A DNA stretch of 63,211 bases from the IMG/VR virus record IMGVR_UViG_3300027740_000122, positions 1 through 63,211 of that record; one strand, given 5' to 3'. Shown one piece after another: positions 29,001 through 38,821 of this stretch. Each line of letters starts with the position of its first letter. The first letter of the stretch is position 1. The notes under the pieces are model-generated. The model had not been told where the DNA came from and searched no databases. It saw only the letters and a list, made by a program, of their open reading frames with translations. The stretch is from a virus. Lineage: Duplodnaviria > Caudoviricetes. Both the position numbers and the translations under genes were made by a program.

Positions 29001-30405
29001 AGATGGTTTTGAAGCACAACAAGCTTTAAATTCTCAAAAAAGAACAGAGGAACAACTTGTTGCTTCTCAAAAATTACTTCAATCTCAACAAGATTTAAAT
29101 ATAGAAATGTTGAAAAGTGTAGGTACAGTTAGTAGTTTGGATACTGCAAGTAAAGCAGAACTTGAAACATTTAAAGAGAAAATGAAATGGGCAAAATTAG
29201 AAGCTGATGTAATGGGGGCAAGAAATGAAGCAGAAGCAAATGCAGCATGGAAAGCAATTAATGATTATGTTATTATTATAAAACAAAAAGAAAAGGTTAA
29301 TGAATTATCAACTGAATCCAATAAGCTTGCAAAAGAGCAATTAGTTCTTCAATCTGAAGTTGATTTAATGATAGCAAAAGGTTTAATTTATTCTGCTCAA
29401 ATGATTTCAGACCAAATGACCTTAAATACATTGAAACTTGAATTAAATAAAAAACTTCTTTTGGCTCCTAAAGATCGAAAAGCTATTTTGAATAATACAG
29501 CAGAAAAATTAGATCGAGAAACAACAACTAAAAATTTAAATGATCAATATAATTACTATAATCAAATAAAGGGTTTTGCAAAAGAAGCATATGAATTAAA
29601 AATTAAATTAATTGCTGATGAAGCAAAGAAAATATTGGATGCTACTCATGATGAAGTTGCTGCTGCAAAATATCTTAAAGATGAAACTGCAAAAGCTTTT
29701 ATTGCAATGGCAAGAGCAAGTGATAATTATGCTGATGGTGTAAAAGCTGCATATAAACAAATGGAATTAGATCAAATAACTTGGGGTGAATTTGCATATC
29801 AAATGACTGACACTACATTTAAAAGTATGTCAGATTCACTTTCAAATGTATTTATGGATGCTTGGAATGGTGATCTTAAAAAAGCAACTGATTATTTTAA
29901 AAGTTTTGCTGATTCCATAATGAAAACTTTCTTTGATATGATTGTTAAAATGGTAGAAAAAAGTTTAATGTCAGATATATTTGGGGGTGGAGGAGGGGGA
30001 GGATTATTAGGGGGTATATTTGGTTTTGTAGGGAGTTTATTTGGACAAGGTAGTGGGGGTTCTGGTTTATATGGTTATGAAGAACATACTGGTGGTATTT
30101 ATGGAGTAGATACATTACCTTTAAGAATGATTAATGAAATGTCATTACAAGATGCTCCTCGTTATCATTCTGGATTTGCACCTGATGAATATCCTGCTAT
30201 TCTTCAAAAAGGAGAAGGGGTATTTACTGCTGGACAAATGAAAGCAATGGGAATGGCAATGAATAATTCTACTACAAATAATAATAGTGGAAACTCATTA
30301 CAAATTAGTGTGCCCATTACAGTTGAAGGAAACAAACGACTTGCTTCTGAATTGCGTCGGGAAGTTGAAAAAACTGTAATTGAAGTTATAAGGAAACAAA
30401 GTTAA
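26056..30405 (+). CDS. tape measure protein
   Basis: 1449 aa, Ala/Lys helical; C-terminal HTGG..PRYHSG..DE.PAILQKGEGV. Confidence 0.9.
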   Translation: MSETIMRAGLDGSGYAEGARVITKANLDIEQSINRTNLAMGGFHRGSVTGFGAAKTALNELQTPFQRTKEIMEQVESRIIRIGATVAVFRILGAAVQLVTGFFIEGIKAVSDYQTQIVAISASLTQIAVFNNKDKDKPLVSMYAESSRYAGILANKMREVDINSMANYQQIMEMLQVYISTNKVLDVNNKLQMEGFTALANAIPMLTTGQSVAKQMATEMRSFATAEPVRGATIARMVDTMAKAQGLAGGLRDIKKAADAAGISILEMTAKMGYFKGFTAALPDIQKLFETARTSLQTAIFNIQKSAFTLIITDLTAIMQSAIKALNTNSNEIAETMKNVWGKVRDTFFDVKTSIDGTGKSIREITLKPEIIENFKALGDVLRQIIDTLGLATSFIIKHIDLIIILGKAYFAHKVLVSATNVILKASEMIKSTSIASTKTQAMVDYELVAAEKALLSAEGARITATLTGIEAQQLKNKTMIENNILVIAAAKAEAQLTSYRLAANASLVGGLTTKLGGADAKLIKTEGNVGAQRAIRIAAIKDQEILNSLLAQQIGLQTKATAAQQAYAAALLKSQVPGAIVAAERYNTALLAVGKTTGFVTTETLINGRALYYNAVANDVCKGSHLANVVINRAHSEALVINSAMIAANTQLTGLAAVKMWAMSAATTAATLATKAFNGVIALCGGPIGAAIVAIGSLIWALKSLYDLQDKRKKSFEDIANLGEMEKNIKAEKIVIEEYKKGLLEKERSVMTSEGVIQSKIEEFDSKREQRLKDFMAKQEEYNKAVKTPSAYWRDTETGLTKVNVLYAELNRLAKDASPEARNAAIKRFAAEEKLASLNKAPIDMSTPTGSGAGGGALAAYRGYRDAVNALIDAQNKASIAKIKDQAKLEEDALNAGYAQHLMSEREYIDKKYDIQNKANNAELAEIKGRLAKADKDIADAQGKLGTSAGKNDLAIQRGNIKLQSDLVKMQKERVNIVKELDGFEAQQALNSQKRTEEQLVASQKLLQSQQDLNIEMLKSVGTVSSLDTASKAELETFKEKMKWAKLEADVMGARNEAEANAAWKAINDYVIIIKQKEKVNELSTESNKLAKEQLVLQSEVDLMIAKGLIYSAQMISDQMTLNTLKLELNKKLLLAPKDRKAILNNTAEKLDRETTTKNLNDQYNYYNQIKGFAKEAYELKIKLIADEAKKILDATHDEVAAAKYLKDETAKAFIAMARASDNYADGVKAAYKQMELDQITWGEFAYQMTDTTFKSMSDSLSNVFMDAWNGDLKKATDYFKSFADSIMKTFFDMIVKMVEKSLMSDIFGGGGGGGLLGGIFGFVGSLFGQGSGGSGLYGYEEHTGGIYGVDTLPLRMINEMSLQDAPRYHSGFAPDEYPAILQKGEGVFTAGQMKAMGMAMNNSTTNNNSGNSLQISVPITVEGNKRLASELRREVEKTVIEVIRKQS

Positions 30406-30779
30406 TGGCAAACATAATTATTGGATCAGTCACTTGTCGAATAAATCCTGCTGAAATGACCTTAGTCAGACCAGATAAAGTCACAGCAATTAAACAAACA
30501 TATGATGGTACTGCTTACTTTGCATGGCCAGCAAACATCGTAGGGAAAGTGATTGATATAAAATGGGATTTCATGGATGCTGATGAATTTGCAGCTTTAG
30601 ATGTTTTAAATGTTGCTGATGATCCTGTAGTGTTTAATCCTAATGATGGACTTGGTTTAACTTTTAATGTCAATATTGTTGCTTTAGATGGTAAATATTT
30701 ATTAGGTTTAGATAATACTGAAAATAGTGTCCGAAAAGATGTAACAATGACTTTATTAATAATGTCCCAGGTGATATAA
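30405..30779 (+). CDS. distal tail protein-like
   Basis: Follows the tape measure; 124 aa, beta-rich. Confidence 0.6.
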   Translation: MANIIIGSVTCRINPAEMTLVRPDKVTAIKQTYDGTAYFAWPANIVGKVIDIKWDFMDADEFAALDVLNVADDPVVFNPNDGLGLTFNVNIVALDGKYLLGLDNTENSVRKDVTMTLLIMSQVI

Positions 30780-33700
30780 TGGCTTCTTCTCCTTCAACAA
30801 GTCCTTCTAATAGCCCGACCACTTCACCTTCTCCTGAAAATAGATGGGTTGATGAAAATGGAAATATATGGGTTGATGAAAATGAAAATGAATGGGTATC
30901 GGGAGAAGTTTCTTCTCCATCATCTAGTCCTTCATCTTCACCTTCATCTTCACCTTCTACAAGTGAGAGTTCAAGTCCATCAACTTCACCATCAACGAGT
31001 CCTTCAACTAGTGGTAGTTCTTCTCCTTCGATTAGTCCTTCATCTTCTGAAAGTTCTAGTCCTTCTACTTCTGCTTCTACTTCTGAAAGTTCTTCCCCTT
31101 CATCGTCAGAGAGTTCATCTCCTTCGACTAGTGAGAGTTTAAGTCCTTCTACTTCTTCTTCAACTAGTCCTTCTACTTCACCAAGTTCTTCACCTTCGAC
31201 TAGTGAGAGTTCAAGTCCTTCGACTTCACCTTCATCAAGCCCAAGTTCTTCTCCTTCTACTAGTGAGAGTTCAAGTCCTTCGACTTCTGAAAGTTCATCA
31301 CCTTCTATTTCACTATCAAATAGTGCAAGTCCTTCATTAAGCCCAAGTTCTTCTCCTTCTACTAGTGAAAGTTCAAGTCCTTCTACTTCACCAAGTTCTA
31401 GTTCATCTAGTTCCCCTTCAACTTCATCAAGTTCAAGTCCAAGTACAAGTCCTTCAACAAGTGTGAGTTCTTCCCCTTCTGCTTCTGAAAGTTCTTCACC
31501 ATCATCATCTCCTTCTCCTTCATCTTCTGAAAGTTCTTCGCCTTCTACTTCACCTTCAACAAGTGAAAGTTCTTCACCGTCATCATCTCCGTCTACTAGT
31601 GGGAGTTCACCGTCAACTTCACCATCATCAAGTGAAAGTTCTTCTCCTTCATCGTCTCCTTCTCCTTCAACTTCACCATCATCAAGCGAAAGTTCTTCAC
31701 CGTCAACAAGTTCTAGTTCAAGTCCTTCTACTAGTTCATCTCATTCTCCATCACATAGTCCAAGTTCAAGTCCTTCCCCAACTCCATCTACAAGCCCGAG
31801 TCATAGTCCTAGTTATAGTGTTAGTTCATCACCTTCTCCCTCTTCCTCTCCTTCTGCATCACATAGCCCAAGTTCATCACCATCTTATTCTCCATCACAT
31901 AGTATAAGTGCAAGTCCATCACCTAGCACATCTCCTTCAATTGGACCTGCTGATTTTATGTTGGTTCAAGATTTACCATCTCGCCATCCATTAGTACAAT
32001 TAATTTCATCAACAATGACTTCAGCAATACCTTTTGGAGATGAAATTTCTGCTACAGGTTCTACTTTAAATTATGAACCCTTCTTGTTAAATCATAGTTC
32101 TGGAATAATTATAAAAATAAGTATAGGGTATGAAGCTAATAGTCCTATTACGTTTTCTTATACTAATTCAAGTAATGAAGAATTTACACATGTTGTGTTA
32201 CCTGTTGAATATGGCATAGTAACAGGAATATCTTGTGTAGAATTAACAAATGGAAATATAGGGATTATTTACTTTACAGGAACTTATACTTTAAAATATA
32301 GGATTGTGACTATTGCTGGTGTTGCTGTATCTAATGGGACTATTGATACTTGGTCTACAGCTTTTCAATCTCATACTTGGGTAGTATGGGATTCTGTAGG
32401 AAGTCAATATTATATGGTTTATTCTAAATTAATAAGTGGGTCATATAATATTTATAAAAGAACATCTTCTAATTTTACAACATGGTCAGCAGAAAGTATA
32501 ATCACACCTACAGGGTTGGATACTGATGAAAAAATAGGTTCCCCTTCAATACTACAATTAGAAAATGGAGATTGGTGGTTACTTTGTGATTATTCCACTC
32601 TTATTTCTACTTACGATGTATTTAATATTGCCTATAGTGTTAGTTCTAATCAAGGAACTACATGGGGTGCTATATCTGCTTTAACAAATAGTGTATCTAC
32701 TAATGAATCTTTTAAACATCCAATAGGAATTGAAAATACTATTTCTGGGGCATTAATAATAACTTATACAGAAGAAAATGCTTTACTGCTTTTAACAGGA
32801 ATGGATTGGTACGATAAATTTAATTTTATTCCTAGTACAGGAAAAATATATATGATACAACATGGTCAAAGTACAATTAGTGAAGTAGATATTGATACTT
32901 GGACTGTTACTAGACATTGGGACACATCATCATCACCAGCATTGCCTGCACTTGTTGCGCAGGAAAACAATTCTCCCTATCAGGCGATTATTGGCGGTGA
33001 TAGATGGCAAATTATTTGGTGGGGTTATTCTTTTATTATTTTAGATACAGAAGATAATATAGTTAAACTTTATAGTTTTAGAGATGAACCTGCTTATTCG
33101 GTAGATTGTAATATGCAATTTTCTGGTACAGAACCTCCTACTTTAAATTCACCAACATCTTTTAAAGTAGATACTGTAAATAATCGACTTTATATTATTT
33201 GGTGTCTTGGGGGGTATGGAAATTCATATTGGGGGTATTTAGATTTACTTGATTCTGGTACTCTTATAGGGGATGTAGTTACTTATACGGTAAATATGTT
33301 ATGTAGTACCGCAGCCTCTTCTACTTATTATTCAGATATAGATTTTGATAATGATTTTATATTTCTTTCTGGTGAGGCTATTCCTGGTCATTTTTATATT
33401 TATATATTATCTACTGGTTTATTATATAAACATTGGATAGGAAATACAGGCACATCTTTTCCTTACTATGGGATTTGTAGAGCTTGGTTCAATTTACATG
33501 CAATATATTGCGACGGTACTTATATTTATGCTGCATTTCTTTATCAAGCGTTATACGGTGAAGCTGAAAGACGAGGTTTGATCAGAATAAATTTAGTTAC
33601 TGATGAAATGACATATTTTAGACCTACATATTCTGAAGTAAATGATTACTATTTTACGCAAATAGTAAAAGGAAAAGGCAATACACTTGTATTAACTTCT

Positions 33701-35548
33701 TTATATGGAATAGCAATTTTTAATACTCAAGATTATTCTTGGAGATTAATTAGTCAAGCAGCACTCCCTCAATTACCAACCAATAGTTTTACTGTTATCA
33801 CATCTGGACTTTACTATGATGAAGATAGAGATTTTATATATGCAATACCAGATTCCGGTGTATTATGTGCAATACCTTGGTTAGGAACAATAAGACAATC
33901 ACAATATCAAATAGCAACTCTTTCAGGAACATGGTCATTTGTAAATGAAGGACCTTTAGTAAAAGGGTATGATGATTATGATGCTACAATCACATTAACT
34001 CCTAATCTAAATGCTTTACTTGCTTTTTGGGAATATGTAGATCCTGATAATATTCATAGTTTGAAATGGGATATTGATTCTCCTGATTTTGATCTTTCAT
34101 CATATATTTGTAGTGATACACCAGTTGTTATTACCAAAGATATAACAAATACACCAAATAAATTAACTTTTGCTTGTTCTCATGGTCACTTATTTGATTA
34201 CCATAATAAAAATTCTTTACTCTGTATGATATTAAAAAAGGGACGTAAACTTACAATTAAATGGGGGGAATTAATTGCTGGTATTGAATGTTGGCAAAAT
34301 GCTGGTGTATTTTATGTGACGGAAGCTCAATTGTATTACGAACGTGGTCATTATACAGATATATCAATTGTTGCTCAGGATATTCGGTATATATGGGCAG
34401 AAAATCATATATATGCAACTGAATATTATAATGCGTATCCTGAAATAATATTAGCAGATATATTAAAAGAAAACACTAGTATGGTAGATGCTGATATTAA
34501 TATACCTAATATTGATAATAAAGTTATTCTTGAACATCAATGGGTAGATACTACCTTGGAAAATATTATTGAGCAAATTTGTAATAGATTTGGTTACTTT
34601 GCAAGAATGACGGATGATGATCAATTTTCTATGGGTAAAATTTCAGATCAAAATGTAATAGACCATACTTATTCAAATGTTAATACTATTATAAGATTTG
34701 AACCTGATGATTCTTTTTCTGATTTTACAAATCGAGTTACTGTAACAGGACAATCCCGAAGTTTTATAACTGTAATTTATCCAGAAGAACGTGTAGGCAC
34801 AATTAAAGGCACCGTAGGTTGGTGGGGGTTTAAAAAAGATTTTACCGTACATTATTCTTCTGATAATTCAAGAACTTGTGTTGACCCAAGATTAATAGTG
34901 TTAGAATCTACCATGGGAATTGTAGGTCAACTTGCTGGGGGGATAAGTGAATCACTTACTTATGCTGATCCTGATAATAAATATTGTATCGTAGAAGTAA
35001 CTGCTCCTGATCTTACTTCAATATTGATTTTAACTTTGGTCACAAAGTTGGCATTTTCACAAGTAGGCGATTTTGTTCCTGTAACAGGAAAAACTATACC
35101 ATTTGGTACTTTATTTTCATCCATGAATAGTATACTAATGATTTCTGTTTTAATGTCTGTAGGTAATTTTCAATATGATATTTATGCTAAACCAACAGGT
35201 TTAGTTCGTAGACAACTTCAAGCAACTGCGGATGATGAAGTTAGTCAAACTGAGTTAGGAATGGTAATAGAAAAGACAATTGATGACCCTCTTTGTTATA
35301 GTGCTAATGATTGTGCTTTAGTAGCTGCTTTTGAATTATTGGTAGTAATACTTCAAAAAAAGAGGATTAAAATACAAAAAATAACTCATCTTCAAGATAA
35401 AGAAGGAGATACTATAAGTATTTGTCATCCGTATTCAGGAATAGCTATGACTATTTTTATAGTGGAATTATCAAGATCATATAAAAAAGCTGAAAGTGTA
35501 AATGGAGAAGGTTACTTTATTGATGATATAGTAGGATGGGTTTTATAA
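30779..35548 (+). CDS. tail-tip/hub protein: ~385-residue N-terminal SP tract, beta-propeller region, C-terminal baseplate-hub domain
   Basis: SP repeats; Asp-box-like SSNFTTWS and SSNQGTTW; GVFYV, NRVTVTG, GDTISI hub motifs. Confidence 0.75.
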   Translation: MASSPSTSPSNSPTTSPSPENRWVDENGNIWVDENENEWVSGEVSSPSSSPSSSPSSSPSTSESSSPSTSPSTSPSTSGSSSPSISPSSSESSSPSTSASTSESSSPSSSESSSPSTSESLSPSTSSSTSPSTSPSSSPSTSESSSPSTSPSSSPSSSPSTSESSSPSTSESSSPSISLSNSASPSLSPSSSPSTSESSSPSTSPSSSSSSSPSTSSSSSPSTSPSTSVSSSPSASESSSPSSSPSPSSSESSSPSTSPSTSESSSPSSSPSTSGSSPSTSPSSSESSSPSSSPSPSTSPSSSESSSPSTSSSSSPSTSSSHSPSHSPSSSPSPTPSTSPSHSPSYSVSSSPSPSSSPSASHSPSSSPSYSPSHSISASPSPSTSPSIGPADFMLVQDLPSRHPLVQLISSTMTSAIPFGDEISATGSTLNYEPFLLNHSSGIIIKISIGYEANSPITFSYTNSSNEEFTHVVLPVEYGIVTGISCVELTNGNIGIIYFTGTYTLKYRIVTIAGVAVSNGTIDTWSTAFQSHTWVVWDSVGSQYYMVYSKLISGSYNIYKRTSSNFTTWSAESIITPTGLDTDEKIGSPSILQLENGDWWLLCDYSTLISTYDVFNIAYSVSSNQGTTWGAISALTNSVSTNESFKHPIGIENTISGALIITYTEENALLLLTGMDWYDKFNFIPSTGKIYMIQHGQSTISEVDIDTWTVTRHWDTSSSPALPALVAQENNSPYQAIIGGDRWQIIWWGYSFIILDTEDNIVKLYSFRDEPAYSVDCNMQFSGTEPPTLNSPTSFKVDTVNNRLYIIWCLGGYGNSYWGYLDLLDSGTLIGDVVTYTVNMLCSTAASSTYYSDIDFDNDFIFLSGEAIPGHFYIYILSTGLLYKHWIGNTGTSFPYYGICRAWFNLHAIYCDGTYIYAAFLYQALYGEAERRGLIRINLVTDEMTYFRPTYSEVNDYYFTQIVKGKGNTLVLTSLYGIAIFNTQDYSWRLISQAALPQLPTNSFTVITSGLYYDEDRDFIYAIPDSGVLCAIPWLGTIRQSQYQIATLSGTWSFVNEGPLVKGYDDYDATITLTPNLNALLAFWEYVDPDNIHSLKWDIDSPDFDLSSYICSDTPVVITKDITNTPNKLTFACSHGHLFDYHNKNSLLCMILKKGRKLTIKWGELIAGIECWQNAGVFYVTEAQLYYERGHYTDISIVAQDIRYIWAENHIYATEYYNAYPEIILADILKENTSMVDADINIPNIDNKVILEHQWVDTTLENIIEQICNRFGYFARMTDDDQFSMGKISDQNVIDHTYSNVNTIIRFEPDDSFSDFTNRVTVTGQSRSFITVIYPEERVGTIKGTVGWWGFKKDFTVHYSSDNSRTCVDPRLIVLESTMGIVGQLAGGISESLTYADPDNKYCIVEVTAPDLTSILILTLVTKLAFSQVGDFVPVTGKTIPFGTLFSSMNSILMISVLMSVGNFQYDIYAKPTGLVRRQLQATADDEVSQTELGMVIEKTIDDPLCYSANDCALVAAFELLVVILQKKRIKIQKITHLQDKEGDTISICHPYSGIAMTIFIVELSRSYKKAESVNGEGYFIDDIVGWVL
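30785..31939 (+). repeat. Ser/Pro/Thr coding repeat tract
   Basis: Same repeat vocabulary as 14665-16815. Confidence 0.95.
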
Positions 35549-35558
35549 AGGAGATTTT

Positions 35559-35798
35559 ATGGAAACTAATTTTGAAATAGAATTAAAAGAATTGGCAGAA
35601 AAATATAATGTGAAAGGGTATCTTTTGGTATTTGCTTCTAATACTATTAAAAATCAAATTGTTGGTAATATAAGTCCTCAAGAAATAGTAATAGAACTTA
35701 TTAATCAAAGTCAATCAGCTTTTGATGTTTTTAAAATAAAAAATTTAATGCTTTCTGATAGCAAGGCAATTGTTGATGTTTTAAAGGGTGATTTATGA
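35559..35798 (+). CDS. hypothetical protein
   Basis: AAGGAG RBS. Confidence 0.55.
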   Translation: METNFEIELKELAEKYNVKGYLLVFASNTIKNQIVGNISPQEIVIELINQSQSAFDVFKIKNLMLSDSKAIVDVLKGDL

Positions 35799-36850
35799 GA
35801 TTGTATGGTAGTCGTATTTTGCGAAATAATATAAGAAAATTACAGGATCAACGGACAGAAACCCGTGATGCTTTATTATATGATATAGATCATGAAAATC
35901 ACTTTTGTAGAGTTAAAATACAAGGGACTTCTACATTAGTTGTTGCTTGGTTTCCTGAAAATTGGGAACAAACTCCAGTTTGGTTAAAACCAGGAAATGC
36001 AGTAAAGATTAATCATACAGGAGGTATTCACGGTAGAATTGAACTTATTGGTCATGGTTCATTAATACCTTCACCAGTTGCAGGTGATCCTGGTGATCCG
36101 CCCACAACATATACTGATGGTATTTTAACAGGACTAACAATTGCAGTTTGTACTAATGGGGAAGCAATTGTTATTATGGCAGGAACATTTCAAATTGCAG
36201 GTACTATTTATACAGTTCCAGCAATTGGAATGTCTGGGTATCCTTCTTATGAAACCCCAGCTTATGTTAATAGAGATAATGTGGCTGCTGTTTTTGATGT
36301 TGATCCTGGTGGCGCTTATAGATACGATTCTTTTTTTGTAAGTACAAATTTAATAATTGATAAAGTAAATGGCGCTTGTACAACACCTCCCGTATTTCCT
36401 ACTGTTCCTGCCGATCATTTATTAGTTGGTTGGTTATTCAGAACAGCAAGCAACACAGTTACTCAAAGTAATGTAAATAAATATTATAGTGTAAGCAGAA
36501 TATCCCAAATAGAAGTAACTTTAACTGATGATGAATTAACGTGGGCAGAAACAACTTCGGACATCATTGTTGTAATGAAAGATCAATATGGAGCACTTTT
36601 AAGTCAAACTTCTCCAGGATGGCATGTTCAAGTAAGTATCATTTCAGGAAATGGCACACTTAGTCGGGGGGATGTAAGTCTTGTTACTACTATTGATGAT
36701 TATACTACAAGTTCTTCTATAACTTTTACTTACACTAGAGGAGGTACTGTGGATGATCATACACCAATAATACAAGTGACATTACTAGGTTACGGTTTTA
36801 GTAGAGTAGAAACAATTGTATTGTTTGATGTTAGTGGTATACCAATGTAA
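35795..36850 (+). CDS. tail-tip protein, N-terminal OB-fold-like and C-terminal Ig-like domains
   Basis: CRVKIQG, WLKPGNAVKI; VVMKDQYG Ig-like motif. Confidence 0.55.
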   Translation: MRLYGSRILRNNIRKLQDQRTETRDALLYDIDHENHFCRVKIQGTSTLVVAWFPENWEQTPVWLKPGNAVKINHTGGIHGRIELIGHGSLIPSPVAGDPGDPPTTYTDGILTGLTIAVCTNGEAIVIMAGTFQIAGTIYTVPAIGMSGYPSYETPAYVNRDNVAAVFDVDPGGAYRYDSFFVSTNLIIDKVNGACTTPPVFPTVPADHLLVGWLFRTASNTVTQSNVNKYYSVSRISQIEVTLTDDELTWAETTSDIIVVMKDQYGALLSQTSPGWHVQVSIISGNGTLSRGDVSLVTTIDDYTTSSSITFTYTRGGTVDDHTPIIQVTLLGYGFSRVETIVLFDVSGIPM

Positions 36851-36859
36851 AGAAAGGGA

Positions 36860-37363
36860 GTGATTATTATGAATACTGATGAAATGCAAGTGAAATCAAG
36901 GATGGTTACTGATAGAAAAGGTAATATTGCCTACGAAAAAATAGAAGAACCTATTTTCCCTGAAAATAGACACAGTGTATTATCCGATGTGGATATAATA
37001 AAATTGGCAGAGTTTTTTAAAAATGTAGAAAAACCATTTTGTAGCATTCATGAAAAATTAGAAATAGAAATCGGTTATATTAGAAAAGAATTAGAAACTA
37101 CTCGTATTGATTTTGCTTTAATAAAAGGTGCTGTTGACAATAACAAATTTATTGTTGGTATTGTTGGGGGCATTATTGTTACTTTTCTTTCTGTTATGTG
37201 GTATCAAGTTGATGATAGGTTAAAATCTATAGCAAAATTTTCAGAAAATACAAACGCCATTGATATTTCAAGTATTAAGGATAGAGCGGAAATGCGAGTG
37301 CAGATAGGAGAAATGAAAGATAGATTAGGGTACATTGAAAGAAAAGAAAAAATTATTCCTTAA
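36860..37363 (+). CDS. single-pass membrane coiled-coil protein (lysis-associated?)
   Basis: TM segment FIVGIVGGIIVTFLSVMW. Confidence 0.5.
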   Translation: MIIMNTDEMQVKSRMVTDRKGNIAYEKIEEPIFPENRHSVLSDVDIIKLAEFFKNVEKPFCSIHEKLEIEIGYIRKELETTRIDFALIKGAVDNNKFIVGIVGGIIVTFLSVMWYQVDDRLKSIAKFSENTNAIDISSIKDRAEMRVQIGEMKDRLGYIERKEKIIP

Positions 37364-37617
37364 TGTCTCATAAAATGAAAGAAGGTGAGATGATTGGAAA
37401 AACCAAATAAATTAGAATGTCCTATTCTTCGACAATATGGACATTGTAATAAATCTGAAAGCTGCCATGATTGTAAATATGAAAAAGAATGAAAAAAGAA
37501 AAAGTCATAAAGTGTGTTCGGGGGAAAAAAGAAGAATCTCGTGGCCCTAAAGGAACTAAAGGTCACTGTAATAGTCCCTTTTGTTTTGAATGGGCAAAAG
37601 AATTGGAGAATAAAATA

Positions 37618-38061
37618 ATGAACAGAGAAGAAGCTTGTAAAAAAATGTATAATCTAGTACAATTAGAATTAGGGGTAAAAGAAACACTAGGTTCTAAAGC
37701 TACTGCAAGGATAATTGAATATCATAAACATACTACTTTGAAAGCTACAAGTGATGAAGTCCCATGGTGTTCAGCTTTTGCTAATTTTATAACTGATACT
37801 GCGGGGTTTCCTGGAACACATTCTGCGGCAGCTATTTCATGGAAAAAATGGGGAGTGTTGCTTGATAAACCTATATCAGGTTGTCTTGTTCTTATATCAA
37901 GAAAAGATCCTAGTAACCCAATGGCAGCACATATAGCATTTTGTGATCATCCTGATATATCAAAGGGCATGATACGTTGTATTGGGGGTAATCAAGGAGA
38001 TGCAGTTAAAGTATCAAGTTTTTCTGTATCAAAAGTGCTTGCTTATATAGTACCTTTTTAA
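37618..38061 (+). CDS. endolysin candidate, TIGR02594-type NlpC/P60/CHAP-like peptidase
   Basis: LGVKE, I.EYH, DEVPWCSAF, SAAAISW..WG, HIAF, IGGNQGDAV; GGAG RBS favours 37618. Confidence 0.8.
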   Translation: MNREEACKKMYNLVQLELGVKETLGSKATARIIEYHKHTTLKATSDEVPWCSAFANFITDTAGFPGTHSAAAISWKKWGVLLDKPISGCLVLISRKDPSNPMAAHIAFCDHPDISKGMIRCIGGNQGDAVKVSSFSVSKVLAYIVPF

Positions 38062-38093
38062 AGTTCAAAGAATTAAATAAAAAGGAGAAAGAA

Positions 38094-38273
38094 ATGAAAA
38101 ATTTTTTCATTGATCACAGTTTAACCGAATTATTTTTATGTTTGATGGTTAGTATAGTAGCGATTATTGCGGCTTGTCAAGAGGAATGGGCAACTGCTGG
38201 TGCAATCTCAACAGGTGCATTTGCAATATTAAAAGGTAGACCTATTCAAGATAAAAAAGGAGAAAATAAATGA
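38094..38273 (+). CDS. holin-like small membrane protein (59 aa, not in the ORF track)
   Basis: AAGGAG RBS; two hydrophobic stretches and a charged C-terminus; between endolysin and lipoprotein. Confidence 0.55.
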   Translation: MKNFFIDHSLTELFLCLMVSIVAIIAACQEEWATAGAISTGAFAILKGRPIQDKKGENK

Positions 38274-38821
38274 AAAAATTATGTTTGATATTAGTTTTTG
38301 GTATGATGTTAGTAGGTTGTGCAACAGTAAATAGCCCTACAAATGTAATTCCTGATTTACCTAACGTAACATCCCCTGAAGATTTAGGAACACTTGTTTC
38401 TAATCCTATATTTGATCGTCTAATGAAACATTCCCAAGAAACTTTAGATTGGGTGAATAATGGTTCTTATGCTCCTACAGATCCTTTAATGATAGCAAGG
38501 GCAAAACAATGTCCTGAAATGATAATGCTTGCTATTCCTAGTATTGAACAAAAAGCATTGGCAATGAAAGTTAAATTCCAATTAGTAAAAGATCATTTTG
38601 AAGGTGTTAAAAATGGAGATTTTAATTTAATGCTTGATTTAACTAAACTCCGTTATTCAACAGAAGGTGCACCTGGTATTGATATTGAAGGAGATTTTAA
38701 CAAATTGAAGAATGAAGTATTGGAAATAAGTGCTGCTGTATATGATTCTTGTAAAGCTATATTGCCTATGAAACAATTCAATGGTTTAATTGAAAAAGCA
38801 GTAGGGGTAATGATTAAATGA
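38270..38821 (+). CDS. lipoprotein
   Basis: Lipobox LVGC after a hydrophobic signal. Confidence 0.7.
   Translation: MKKLCLILVFGMMLVGCATVNSPTNVIPDLPNVTSPEDLGTLVSNPIFDRLMKHSQETLDWVNNGSYAPTDPLMIARAKQCPEMIMLAIPSIEQKALAMKVKFQLVKDHFEGVKNGDFNLMLDLTKLRYSTEGAPGIDIEGDFNKLKNEVLEISAAVYDSCKAILPMKQFNGLIEKAVGVMIK

Noticed and set aside
37489-37617. N-terminal extension of the endolysin in the ORF track
   Set aside because: RBS and domain start favour the ATG at 37618.
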